Origin: an uncultured Patescibacteria group bacterium
Lineage (GTDB): Bacteria; Patescibacteriota; Microgenomatia; UBA10105; UBA927
Assembly (NCBI GenBank): GCA_937921305.1
Contig: CAKZSU010000006.1
Location: 70,646 to 134,645, forward strand
Length of the DNA stretch: 64,000 bases
Direction: 5' to 3'
Shown: piece by piece, positions 11,055-20,485 of the stretch
How the letters are laid out: every line of letters begins with the position of its first letter
How positions within the stretch are numbered: the first letter of the stretch is position 1
Position numbers and translations under genes: made by a program
The notes under the pieces: model-generated
The model's input: the letters and a program-made list of their open reading frames with translations, nothing else
The model's database searches: none
Told to the model about the DNA's origin: nothing

Positions 11055-11086
11055 TTAATATATCATGAATATATTAACTTCGTCAA
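11055..11086 (-). promoter_or_regulatory. Promoter (TTGACG -35) overlapped by a 9-bp inverted repeat TTAATATAT-N5-ATATATTAA, putative operator
   Basis: IR at 11055-11077; cgtcaa at 11081-11086 on plus, upstream of the HTH gene. Confidence 0.45.
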
Positions 11087-11191
11087 TGAACACGCTACAA
11101 AACTCTATGAGGAAGATAAAAAGAAGATACTCATCTCTAAACATGTATCGTTTCGCAAAAACGAATCATTCATGCATGGTATAATGCATTT

Positions 11192-11602
11192 ATGAAACAA
11201 CAGAATATTTTTCACGACGCGGGGATTAGAGAAACGCCGATACGAAAAGCTATTCTTTCAATTTTTGAAACGTCAAAAACGCCGCTCAGTGCGCAAGATA
11301 TTGAATCTCATACAAAACTTGCGACGCTCCATCCCGACACGGTAACAATTTATCGAACATTGGAAACATTTTGCGACGCTGGAATCATACGACGGATCGA
11401 ATTGCAAGAAGGAAAATTTCGATACGAACTCGAACAAGAACACCATCATCATATCGTCTGTCTCTCCTGCGGAAAAATTCAAGATATTCATGATTGCATT
11501 GACGAACAGACGCAACGACGAATAAAGAAAGAAACCGGATTTACGATTCAACGACATTCTCTTGAATTCTTTGGCATATGTGCTGACTGCAGAACCGCAT
11601 GA
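11192..11602 (+). CDS. Fur-family transcriptional regulator (Zur/PerR-like, two CxxC motifs)
   Basis: 'TIYRTL', 'HHHHIVCLSCG', C-terminal 'CADC'. Confidence 0.9.
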   Translation: MKQQNIFHDAGIRETPIRKAILSIFETSKTPLSAQDIESHTKLATLHPDTVTIYRTLETFCDAGIIRRIELQEGKFRYELEQEHHHHIVCLSCGKIQDIHDCIDEQTQRRIKKETGFTIQRHSLEFFGICADCRTA

Positions 11603-12012
11603 AACGACTCCTTGTATTTTTGGCTCCAGTTTTGGCGTGGATGGGATTCATCTTTTACTTATCTTCTCAACAACGCGTTTCTGTCTCCGAATCATATACC
11701 GTAAACTTTCTTGTATTCAAAACGCTTCATGTCATCGAATATGGCGTATTATTTCTCTTGATAAGACGAGCGATTAAGTATGGAACGAACGAAAGAGAAC
11801 GGAATATTCATGTATACACTTTCATGATTGTCACATTGTACGCCGCGACTGATGAACTGCACCAACAATTTGTACCAACACGAGAGGGAACACTTCGCGA
11901 TGTTATAATTGATCTCATTGGAGCGTCAATCACATGGATAGGGATCAGGTATTCATCACGCATTCTGCCGAAGAAACTCAACGAATTGCTGCATCGTTGG
12001 CAGATACTGTAA
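11599..12012 (+). CDS. VanZ family membrane protein
   Basis: 'WMGFIFYLSSQ', 'KTLHVIEYGVL', 'YAATDELHQQFVPTREG..RDVIID'. Confidence 0.85.
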   Translation: MKRLLVFLAPVLAWMGFIFYLSSQQRVSVSESYTVNFLVFKTLHVIEYGVLFLLIRRAIKYGTNERERNIHVYTFMIVTLYAATDELHQQFVPTREGTLRDVIIDLIGASITWIGIRYSSRILPKKLNELLHRWQIL

Positions 12013-12365
12013 CTCCGCCAGCGATTCTTTGTTTGTACGGAGATCTTGGAAGCGGAAAAACGACATTTGTTCAAGGATTTGCAAAACATCTTGGCATACA
12101 CCAACGAATCATTTCGCCGTCATTTCTTTTGATGAAACAATACCCTATTCCATCTGGAGGAATCCTCTATCATGTCGACGCGTATAGAGATATCGTTGAT
12201 GGCATTGAAGAAGTTCTTCGCGACACGAACGCGTTTGTTATTGTAGAATGGGCAAATCATATGGAGCATATCCTCCCTAAACAACGGATCAAGATTCGAA
12301 TCCAACCAATTAATGAACAAAAACGAACAATTACGATTCAACGATATGATTATTCTTCAAATTGA
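11934..12365 (+). CDS. tsaE: tRNA threonylcarbamoyladenosine biosynthesis ATPase TsaE
   Basis: 'LYGDLGSGKTTFVQG', 'SPSF', 'YHVDAYR', 'VEWA'. Confidence 0.92.
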   Translation: MDRDQVFITHSAEETQRIAASLADTVTPPAILCLYGDLGSGKTTFVQGFAKHLGIHQRIISPSFLLMKQYPIPSGGILYHVDAYRDIVDGIEEVLRDTNAFVIVEWANHMEHILPKQRIKIRIQPINEQKRTITIQRYDYSSN

Positions 12366-12666
12366 CACGACGAAAATAAAAACCGCAAAAATCACTCTCA
12401 TCAAAGATGGAGAAACTTACACAAAAACAGAGCGATCGACGCTTGCAACAATCGACGCGTTGCTTACAGAGCATCATGTCAAGGCATCGGATATCACTCG
12501 TATTGATCTTGCCACGGGTCCAGGTTCCTTTACCGGAATCAAAATAGGAGCAACGATCGCGGGAGTATTCTCTTTGCTATTCTCTATTCCTATAAATAAC
12601 AATTCTCCCGGAACGATTCCGTCCCTTACTTATGGAAAAGATTCATGGGGATTAGAAAATCGCTGA
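12346..12666 (+). CDS. tsaB: Minimal TsaB (N-terminal domain only)
   Basis: 'MIILQIDT' start and 'TGPGSFTGIKIG' signature; follows tsaE; start moved from 12313 to 12346. Confidence 0.75.
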   Translation: MIILQIDTTKIKTAKITLIKDGETYTKTERSTLATIDALLTEHHVKASDITRIDLATGPGSFTGIKIGATIAGVFSLLFSIPINNNSPGTIPSLTYGKDSWGLENR

Positions 12667-13508
12667 AGAAATTTCTTTCCGTACAATGTAACAGATAAAA
12701 TACCAGTGCCAACGCCGATAAACGATAACGCAATCGCCGCATTTTTATATGTAACTCGAGAAGACGATTGAGTCTTTATCGATGGAGTAATAGATGGCGC
12801 TACTTCTCTTTTTTCTTCTTGTGTCCCAAGAATAGACTGCTCATCATCTCCCTTTTCTTCTTCAATAGAAGGCGATAATGTTGGCGATCTCTTCGGAGAT
12901 GAAGAAAACGATGAAGAGATTGTCTTTTGGATTGTTGGAGATAAAAACGGTATTGGAGACGGAGAAGGTTTCTCTGTTGGTTTTGGAATCGGTGTTAATG
13001 TTGGTAATGGTGTTGGCGTGAGTGTTGGCAGTGGCAACGGAGTATTGGTAGGAATCGGCCGTTCTAAATAAACATCAATAATAGTGTCTGACCATCGAAC
13101 GCTTGATGGCTCTCCATTTGAAGAAATCGTGTAAAAACCAACTTTAAATTTATATGATCCAGATTCTTGAAATCCAGAGTCTAATGGATCAGACTTTATG
13201 ATAAGTTTTCCATCCCATTCTCCTGTCAAAACTTTTCGTTGATTCACAGTCGATGCACTATTTTTTATCCATGATTCTCCTTGTTTTGTCAATCCAAAAT
13301 AATTTGATGATCCCTCTTTATAAAATGCTCCTTTAATGTATATATACTCATCTGAAGAAAATCCTGAATGAGATGCAGTAACCGTCATTTCATCGTCAGC
13401 CCGCAACGAAACTTTATCAACCGTAAATGTGATAGTTTTAGCAACAACTCGTTCATGAAATACGTTTATAAAAAGAAAAACAAAAATAATTAAAACAATA
13501 TGCCTCAT
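12630..13508 (-). CDS. Secreted/surface protein: signal peptide, beta-rich domain, Pro/Thr/Ser linker, C-terminal TM anchor
   Basis: Hydrophobic N-terminus, PTNTPLPLPTLTPTP repeats, C-terminal hydrophobic helix followed by basic residues. Confidence 0.65.
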   Translation of the reverse strand: MRHIVLIIFVFLFINVFHERVVAKTITFTVDKVSLRADDEMTVTASHSGFSSDEYIYIKGAFYKEGSSNYFGLTKQGESWIKNSASTVNQRKVLTGEWDGKLIIKSDPLDSGFQESGSYKFKVGFYTISSNGEPSSVRWSDTIIDVYLERPIPTNTPLPLPTLTPTPLPTLTPIPKPTEKPSPSPIPFLSPTIQKTISSSFSSSPKRSPTLSPSIEEEKGDDEQSILGTQEEKREVAPSITPSIKTQSSSRVTYKNAAIALSFIGVGTGILSVTLYGKKFLQRFSNPHESFP

Positions 13509-14650
13509 TGTACGTGTAAATATAAACTTATTAAACCGTCACCATGATCAATATATTTTATTTTAATAATACTCGATCCTCCACAATTTTCAGCGGAAGA
13601 ATAGAGTGTGCCATCCGCAGGCGCCCGAACAACCTCTGATGTCGTGCTATACATGTCAATTCCGGTATGAACACCTCCGGAATACTTATATCTCCAAGAA
13701 TACGGGGTTTTGCCGTAATGCTGCGTCAAAACAATATTTCCCTCAAGCGGCCAATCCCATGATCCTCGCCCAATTGTGCTTCTCCCCCCGCGTTGATCGT
13801 CTCGCACCTCCTTCGGAGCAAGATAATCTTCAGGATTAACCCACGCATTATTTTTTCGTATTTCAAAATGGAGATGTGGACCAGTTGAACACGCAGGATA
13901 TCCTGTATTTCCAACCAACGCAATTGGTTCTCCTTTTTTCACCGGACCAACCCGAGATCCAACCAATAGCGCCTTATTTATCGCTTGTTGCTCAGCCAAT
14001 GCCTGCGCAAGAAGCCGTTGATACTCCGCTTCGCTATTTCTCGTCTGTTGCAATAATGTTTGCTTCGATTTTTTTTGAACTTCCAATTCTTTTGTTTCTT
14101 TCTCAAGTTGCGCTTGTAGTTGTTCCTGTTGCTTTCGCTTTGTTTCTCTGAGATTTTTCCGTTCGGAAAAATTATCTTGGGTCGCTTTTAATTGCACAAG
14201 GAGCTGCACATCTTCTCGCTCAACCACTGAAATATACTTCGCTCGCCGAACAAATTCTCCAAAATCTTTGCTCAACAACAACGCCTCCACATATGGCATT
14301 TGTCGTCTTTTATACGATTCTGGAATTCGCCGCAATACAAGTTCCGATCTCCTTGTTAAAACGTGCTCGAGCCTATCAATTTCTCCAACCAACTCTTGAA
14401 TCTCCTGTTCTAATTTTTTAATCGCAACTTTTGTTGATTCAACTCTCGCTTGAGCGATCGCAATCTGTGAATCAATAATTTTTAATTCTTTTGACAACGA
14501 AAGTTCTGTATTTTGAAGTTCCGTAATTTTCTTTTGTAATTCTTCTATTGTTTGTTGCAATAACGTGTTTGAAGGTGTAAATGTTGGTGTTTGAGCAAAT
14601 ACATAACCAACAGAATACAAAAAAATGAAGAACGCAACCACATATTTCAT
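13505..14650 (-). CDS. Coiled-coil (PcsB/CwlO/EnvC-like) protein with a circularly permuted M23 peptidase domain
   Basis: Signal peptide, long coiled coil, then 'GNTG..STGPHLHFE..NPEDYL' placed before 'WPL..TQHYG..HTGID..APADG..IDHGDGLISLYLH'. Confidence 0.85.
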   Translation of the reverse strand: MKYVVAFFIFLYSVGYVFAQTPTFTPSNTLLQQTIEELQKKITELQNTELSLSKELKIIDSQIAIAQARVESTKVAIKKLEQEIQELVGEIDRLEHVLTRRSELVLRRIPESYKRRQMPYVEALLLSKDFGEFVRRAKYISVVEREDVQLLVQLKATQDNFSERKNLRETKRKQQEQLQAQLEKETKELEVQKKSKQTLLQQTRNSEAEYQRLLAQALAEQQAINKALLVGSRVGPVKKGEPIALVGNTGYPACSTGPHLHFEIRKNNAWVNPEDYLAPKEVRDDQRGGRSTIGRGSWDWPLEGNIVLTQHYGKTPYSWRYKYSGGVHTGIDMYSTTSEVVRAPADGTLYSSAENCGGSSIIKIKYIDHGDGLISLYLHVQ

Positions 14651-14687
14651 ATGAAGCGAAAAATTGGTTATCCTTTAAGAAATCTAT

Positions 14688-15581
14688 TTATCGCAAAAAT
14701 CTGTTTACCGCAAAAAAACTTCCTAGTGATCCCAATATAAACCCAACACACGAAAGAACACCTAAAAATCCGAAAGATGAAGCGATAAATGGTGTATCCA
14801 TTGGATTACCTAATACTATTTGAAATATGGGGATCGATTGGAAAAACGCCGCAATGCTTTCTCTATACCAAAGAACGATACCAGTAATGACCAACCACGC
14901 AAGAATGGCGCTCATCACACCATACGTCACCCCCTCAATAATAAACGGAGAACGAATATACCAACGAGACGCCCCCACCAATCGAAAAATCTCTATTTCT
15001 TCTTTTTTCAACGCTATTTTCATGCTTGTCACAACCATAATCACAAGAATTGTGTCAACCACAAGCAACCCAACAAGTCCGCCAAGAATTATTCGAATGC
15101 CTCGAGTCCATCGAAGCAAATTTTCAACAATATCTCGCTGAAACACGACTTCTTCAACTCCTTCCGATCGTTTGATAAGAGGTTCTAATTCTGCTAAAAA
15201 CTCAGGCCGCAACGCGGTAACCTCCAAAGACGCGGGAAGTATATCCGCCGTGACCATCTCTAAAAGCAAAGGATCATTTTTGTTTTGCTCTCGATACAAC
15301 ACCAACGCTTCCTCTTTTGAAACATATTTCATGCTCGCGACTTTGCCAGTTTGATCCAATGTTTTTTTCAATACATTCACTTCTTGTTCTCCTGCTTTAT
15401 CAGTAAAAAACACCGTTAATTGTGGCTTACTTTCAAAGTATTGAAGCACAAAAATCGATGACACTGTGGCAAGAGAAAAAATGCCCGTCAGGAGCAAGGT
15501 AATAAAAAGAGTCAACATAGAGACAATCGCTTGATATGGCGATCGTCGAATATGTTTCCATGCGGTTTTAAGAGATCTCAT
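14688..15581 (-). CDS. ftsX: Cell division permease FtsX
   Basis: 'YVSKEEAL', 'LPASLEV', 'EEIEIFRLVGASRWYIRSPFIIEG'. Confidence 0.92.
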   Translation of the reverse strand: MRSLKTAWKHIRRSPYQAIVSMLTLFITLLLTGIFSLATVSSIFVLQYFESKPQLTVFFTDKAGEQEVNVLKKTLDQTGKVASMKYVSKEEALVLYREQNKNDPLLLEMVTADILPASLEVTALRPEFLAELEPLIKRSEGVEEVVFQRDIVENLLRWTRGIRIILGGLVGLLVVDTILVIMVVTSMKIALKKEEIEIFRLVGASRWYIRSPFIIEGVTYGVMSAILAWLVITGIVLWYRESIAAFFQSIPIFQIVLGNPMDTPFIASSFGFLGVLSCVGFILGSLGSFFAVNRFLR

Positions 15582-15586
15582 AGTGA

Positions 15587-16261
15587 TTATTTTTTTGTTT
15601 TTGGTTTTTCATCATTTATGATCGATCCATCTTTCATGGAAATAACTCGATAGTTTGATTCTTTTATGAAATCCATATTATGCGTCGCCATGATAATTGT
15701 TGTTCCTAGCTTATTGACTTCTTGCAAAATACTTAACACTTTCCACGCATTCTCAGAATCCAAATTTCCCGTTGGCTCATCGGCAAGAATCACTTTTGGC
15801 CCCATCACAATAGCGCGGGCAAGACTCGTTCGCTGTAACTCTCCGGCGGAAAGTTGCGCAGGAAATTTATGCATTTTGTCAACCATGTCAACAAGCGATA
15901 ACGCATCCTTTACTTCTTTTTCTATATCTTTTGGTTTCCTTCCAAGGATTTCCAAAACGATGGCGACATTTTCAAACACTGTTCTATCTTGAAGAATCTT
16001 AAAATCCTGAAAAATCATACCAACGCGTCTTCTCAAATGATGGACTTTTTTATGGGGTATTCGATGAACCTCGATATCATCCAACAGAATACTTCCCGAC
16101 GATGGAAGAATATCTCGAATAATAAGACGAAGAATTGTCGTTTTTCCAGCACCAGACGGACCAATAAGAAAGACAAACTCTCCGTTTTCTATATCAACGG
16201 ATATATCTTTTAACGCCTGATGACCAAGATAGTGCTTGGAGACAGTAATAAATCGAATCAT
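15587..16261 (-). CDS. ftsE: Cell division ATP-binding protein FtsE
   Basis: Walker A GPSGAGKT, 'IFQDFKIL', 'LADEPTGNLD'; adjacent to ftsX. Confidence 0.92.
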   Translation of the reverse strand: MIRFITVSKHYLGHQALKDISVDIENGEFVFLIGPSGAGKTTILRLIIRDILPSSGSILLDDIEVHRIPHKKVHHLRRRVGMIFQDFKILQDRTVFENVAIVLEILGRKPKDIEKEVKDALSLVDMVDKMHKFPAQLSAGELQRTSLARAIVMGPKVILADEPTGNLDSENAWKVLSILQEVNKLGTTIIMATHNMDFIKESNYRVISMKDGSIINDEKPKTKK

Positions 16262-16776
16262 TCCTCAAGCTCAACGCGGCCCACATCCATAAGCCACGCG
16301 GCTTTTTTTGCTGCCATAGTTTGCCCCCATACCGTCACTTCTTTTCCAAGAAATTGATCAAGATCAACAATAGAAGAAATTAAATAGACCGTTTGCGACG
16401 GACCTCCCTCGCGAATAAGTTTATGCGTTCCTTCTCCATCTAATCCTCCAGCCTCTAAAACGCCTGTGGCGGAATCAGGAAATGCTTTTGTATCAGCAAC
16501 ACCTACCGCTTTTTTACTTTCCTCCATTTGAGTAACCACTCTCTCCTTGCTTACTCCGCTTGGGGATTGATTAATTGTCTTCGCCAAAACATACCCTGTT
16601 CCTATCCCAAGACCAATAAGAACGACAAATATTCCTCCTGTCATGATTGTATTTATCTTATTCGTATCTTCCGAAAAATCTCGCATATTTGGTTCATCAT
16701 TCTCAGAAAGATCTATCTTATGGTACTCGTGTGTTTTCGCATGACGCGCATGATGCGAAGATACATGTCTATCCAT
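16258..16776 (-). CDS. Hypothetical single-pass membrane protein with a beta-rich (OB-fold-like) extracytoplasmic domain
   Basis: One TM helix 'GGIFVVLIGLGIGTGYVLA'; C-terminus 'VDLDQFLGKEVTVWG'; overlaps the ftsE start. Confidence 0.6.
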   Translation of the reverse strand: MDRHVSSHHARHAKTHEYHKIDLSENDEPNMRDFSEDTNKINTIMTGGIFVVLIGLGIGTGYVLAKTINQSPSGVSKERVVTQMEESKKAVGVADTKAFPDSATGVLEAGGLDGEGTHKLIREGGPSQTVYLISSIVDLDQFLGKEVTVWGQTMAAKKAAWLMDVGRVELEE

Positions 16777-16793
16777 ATATTCATTATGAATGG

Positions 16794-17804
16794 TTATATG
16801 AATGTTTTCAAGTAAGCAAGGATAAAATCTTCAATATCGCCATCAAGAATCCGATCGGTGTCTCCTGTTTCGTGATCTGTTCGCAAATCTTTGACCAAAT
16901 GATATGGATGAAGAACATACGATCGTATCTGATTTCCCCATCCTGGCGTTTTATATGCTCCTTTTAATTCTTTTTCTTGTTGCAATCGTTCTTGCTCTTT
17001 TCGTTCCCACAGTTTTGCTCGAAGAAGTTTTAACGCGTATTCCCGATTCGCCCCTTGATAACGCTCCGCCTGACTTGTCACCACAATTCCGCTTGGAATA
17101 TGTCGAAGACGCACCGCGGTAGAGACTTTATTCACATTCTGGCCACCTTTTCCTCCGCTTCGATAAAATTCCCACTCCAATTCTTCATCCTTAATAACGA
17201 TCCGATCATCATGATCAATCACGGGCAACACTTCAACCATGGCAAATGATGTTTGGCGAAGATTGTCAGCGTTAAATGGAGATTGACGAACGAGTCGATG
17301 AACGCCGGCTTCAGCTTTCAGAAATCCATATGCATATTTTCCAGAGACTTCTATTGTAACGCTCTTTATACCTGCTTCTTCTCCGATTGTCTTATCAATT
17401 TCCTCCGCAGACCATCCTTTCCGCTCAATAAATCGGGCATACATACGATACAGCATTGCCGTCCAATCCATGGCTTCTGTTCCCCCTTGTCCGGCGTGAA
17501 GAGACAATAACGCGTCTCCGTGATCATACGGACCAGAAAGATACAAGGCAAATTCAAATTTTTTCAAGTATCGCTCAACCTCCGTCTCATTTCCTTCTTG
17601 CAACAACAACTGAAAAAATTCCGCGTCTTCAACATCTTTTTGCAACGAAGCAAGTTCTTTCATTTTTTTTGCCGCCGTCTCATGATCTACCCAAAACTCT
17701 GACATGCCGCTTTCTTCTTGAAGCTCCACAATTCTTTTCCGTTTTTCATCGATCCGCATTTTTTCAAGAAGCGACGCTACTCTTGATTCTAGATCACTAT
17801 TCAT
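16794..17804 (-). CDS. prfB: Peptide chain release factor 2, no programmed frameshift
   Basis: SPF tripeptide ('RQSPFNA'), GGQ motif, 'GWGNQIRSYV'; continuous ORF; likely start ATG 17804. Confidence 0.95.
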   Translation of the reverse strand: MNSDLESRVASLLEKMRIDEKRKRIVELQEESGMSEFWVDHETAAKKMKELASLQKDVEDAEFFQLLLQEGNETEVERYLKKFEFALYLSGPYDHGDALLSLHAGQGGTEAMDWTAMLYRMYARFIERKGWSAEEIDKTIGEEAGIKSVTIEVSGKYAYGFLKAEAGVHRLVRQSPFNADNLRQTSFAMVEVLPVIDHDDRIVIKDEELEWEFYRSGGKGGQNVNKVSTAVRLRHIPSGIVVTSQAERYQGANREYALKLLRAKLWERKEQERLQQEKELKGAYKTPGWGNQIRSYVLHPYHLVKDLRTDHETGDTDRILDGDIEDFILAYLKTFI

Positions 17805-17854
17805 ACCGCTCATTGTATCACGGAGAAACGATAGTCCAAAGAAATATGTAAGCT

Positions 17855-18265
17855 TTATTCATTTTGAAGCGTCGGTGATGTAGTTGATTGATGTATTGAG
17901 CGTTCTCCAATAATATCGCGCAAAACTTTCTCAATCGTTTGTTGTTGATCCTCCGGCAACTGCTCAAATCTCTGTCGAAACTCCCGAATCGCATGCGTAA
18001 CAATCACAGTATTTATCCGCTCTTGCGCCGCATTGAATAATGCATCGCGAATTCCATCAAGCGTGAAAGGTGTAACATCTGAAGAATCGCTTACGCCAAG
18101 AACATTCTCCACTGTCGTACCAAACGGTGTTTTCGCAACCATCTCATAGACACCCTGAAGCAGAACAGGACGAGGAGAGTCGCTTATTCTCGGCCAAAAA
18201 AACGCTATAAAAATAATGACGCCACCGACAAATCCAGCAACGATAAAAAATCGAATCATACCCAA
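17855..18265 (-). CDS. Hypothetical membrane-anchored protein
   Basis: 136-aa ORF with an N-terminal TM helix, divergent from ruvC. Confidence 0.6.
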   Translation of the reverse strand: MGMIRFFIVAGFVGGVIIFIAFFWPRISDSPRPVLLQGVYEMVAKTPFGTTVENVLGVSDSSDVTPFTLDGIRDALFNAAQERINTVIVTHAIREFRQRFEQLPEDQQQTIEKVLRDIIGERSIHQSTTSPTLQNE

Positions 18266-18301
18266 AGTATACCAAACAAGAAAATATGATATAAGAAAGG
18301 T

Positions 18302-18781
18302 ATGCGAATTTTAGGAGTCGATCCGGGCATCGCAATTCTTGGCTGGGCAATTATTGATAAAGAAAAAACGAATCTTTCTCTCCTCGCATGCGACGCGATT
18401 ATAACGCCATCTCGAGATACAGAACCCACTCGATTACTCACCATATATGAAAAGTTCTCCAAAGTAATTCAAACATACTCGCCAGATATCTTGTCTATTG
18501 AGCAACTCTATTTCGCAAAAAACACCAAAACAGCGTTAACTGTCGCGCAAGCGAGAGGAATTGTTTTGTTGGCAAGCGCGCAACACAATCTTCCTATTGC
18601 ATCGTATACGCCATTAGAGGTAAAAAAAATAATCACCGGAGAAGGAAAAGCAGATAAACAACAAATTCAATGGATGGTTAAAACCATATTGCCGATGATA
18701 ACATCGTTGCCAAAACTTGATGATATCACAGACGCGATCGCGATCGCGCTTACACACGCATATATAAAATCGTTTTTATGA
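18302..18781 (+). CDS. ruvC: Holliday junction resolvase RuvC
   Basis: 'ILGVDPG', 'IEQLYF', 'QARG', 'DDITDAIAIA'. Confidence 0.95.
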   Translation: MRILGVDPGIAILGWAIIDKEKTNLSLLACDAIITPSRDTEPTRLLTIYEKFSKVIQTYSPDILSIEQLYFAKNTKTALTVAQARGIVLLASAQHNLPIASYTPLEVKKIITGEGKADKQQIQWMVKTILPMITSLPKLDDITDAIAIALTHAYIKSFL

Positions 18782-19356
18782 TTGCGCAACTCAAAGGAAC
18801 GCTCATTGCTATATCTCCAACATCAATTACTCTTGATGTGCATGATGTCGGCTATGAGGTGTTCGTTGCAGACCAATGGAAAACTCGAGCAATGACTGGA
18901 TCAGTCTATACACTGCAGATTGTCACAGTTGTGAAACAAGACGCGATAGAACTTTATGGCTTTTCCACGAATCAAGAAAAGTATCTCTTTTCCCTTCTAC
19001 TTGCAGTCCCAGGCATTGGTCCAAAAACCGCACTTACAATTGTCGGCTACGGTGTTGAACAGATTCAAACCGCGATAACGACCGCGAATGTCGATTTCTT
19101 TTCGACTATCCCGAGGATTGGAAAGAAAAACGCCCAAAAGATCATCATTGAACTCAAATCAAAACTAGGAAGCGTAGAGAATCTCGATCTTTCCAATTCG
19201 GAAAACGGCAAGACGAAAGAAGTATCCGATGCGCTTATTAGTATGGGATTTTCTAAACATGAGATCAGAGAGGTTCTTACACATCATATAGATCATCAAC
19301 AAAGCGTTGAAGAAAGTCTCAAACAGGCGTTACGATTGCTTGGAAAGAAGAAGTAA
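18778..19356 (+). CDS. ruvA: Holliday junction helicase subunit RuvA
   Basis: 'MIAQLKG', 'VGYEV', HhH motifs 'VPGIGPKTA' and 'IPRIGKKNA'. Confidence 0.95.
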   Translation: MIAQLKGTLIAISPTSITLDVHDVGYEVFVADQWKTRAMTGSVYTLQIVTVVKQDAIELYGFSTNQEKYLFSLLLAVPGIGPKTALTIVGYGVEQIQTAITTANVDFFSTIPRIGKKNAQKIIIELKSKLGSVENLDLSNSENGKTKEVSDALISMGFSKHEIREVLTHHIDHQQSVEESLKQALRLLGKKK

Positions 19357-19376
19357 TATAGAGTTAGTATACTCAT

Positions 19377-20414
19377 ATGAAATCACTACATCAATCATCG
19401 TCTCTCACAGCGACAAAAAAAGCTCCTGAAGAAGAACCACTGTTCAATAGCTTGCGAGCAAAAACATGGGATGAATTTTTAGGACAAGAACATATAAAAA
19501 AAACGTTACGAATTGCCATAGATGCCGCAAAAAAACGAAATGAAGCATTAGAACATATTTTGTTATACGGACCACCGGGATTAGGGAAAACCACAATGGC
19601 GCATATTATTGGAAGAGAAATGGATGCAAATATTCGAGTTACTTCCGGACCAGCGCTTGAACGAGCTGGAGATCTTGCGTCAATTCTCACCAATCTTGAA
19701 GCAAAAGATGTCCTGTTTATTGACGAAATTCATAGAATCAACAAAGTTGTCGAAGAAACCCTCTACTCCGCAATGGAAGATTTTTGTTTAGATATTGTGA
19801 TTGGCAAAGGACCATCAGCGAGAACAGTTCGGTTAGATCTTCCTCGTTTTACCATTATCGGTGCGACGACACGCATTGGACTTCTCTCTTCTCCTCTTCG
19901 CGATCGATTTGGATTGATCTCTCGAATGGAATTCTACACGCCAGAAGAACTATTTCATATCATCGCGCAAGGCTCTCAAAAATTACATATCTCCATACCT
20001 CGCGAAGCGGTCATGGAAATCGCAAAACGAAGCAGGGGAACACCACGGATCGCGCTTCGACTCTTAAAACGCGTTCGAGATGTCGCTGAATTAAAAGGAA
20101 CTGAAACGATTGATCCAGAAACGCTTCATGAATCTCTTAATCTCTTAGATATTGATCATCAGGGGCTTGACGCGTCTGATCGCCGGTTGCTTTTAACTAT
20201 GATTGAGAAATTTAATGGCGGACCGGTTGGGATAGAAACGATCGCCGCCGCGCTTTCAGAAGATATTGAAACGATTGAAGATGTCATAGAACCTTATCTT
20301 ATACAACGAGGATTTATTAAACGAACGCCACGAGGAAGGGTTGTGACAGAAGAAGGACTCAGACATCTCGGAAAGCGTCATGAATCCTCCCCTATTCAAG
20401 AAGAAATATTCTAA
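19377..20414 (+). CDS. ruvB: Holliday junction helicase RuvB
   Basis: 'GPPGLGKTT', 'FIDEIHR', 'GATTR', 'LRDRFG', 'RTPRGR'. Confidence 0.97.
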   Translation: MKSLHQSSSLTATKKAPEEEPLFNSLRAKTWDEFLGQEHIKKTLRIAIDAAKKRNEALEHILLYGPPGLGKTTMAHIIGREMDANIRVTSGPALERAGDLASILTNLEAKDVLFIDEIHRINKVVEETLYSAMEDFCLDIVIGKGPSARTVRLDLPRFTIIGATTRIGLLSSPLRDRFGLISRMEFYTPEELFHIIAQGSQKLHISIPREAVMEIAKRSRGTPRIALRLLKRVRDVAELKGTETIDPETLHESLNLLDIDHQGLDASDRRLLLTMIEKFNGGPVGIETIAAALSEDIETIEDVIEPYLIQRGFIKRTPRGRVVTEEGLRHLGKRHESSPIQEEIF

Positions 20415-20485
20415 TTCATATTTTTATAATTTGAGAGATAAGAAGTTATAACTAAAAGGCAGATTTTTTAGAAACAGATCATTCG

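Noticed and set aside
11145-11170. Weak palindrome TCGTTT-N-AAACGA upstream of the Fur-family gene as a Fur/Zur box
   Set aside because: Short, imperfect and a poor match to known Fur, Zur or PerR consensus sites
12890-13060. Short tandem-like repeats (GTTGG/TGGAGA units)
   Set aside because: They encode the Pro/Thr/Ser linker of the surface protein; not a CRISPR array or DNA-level element
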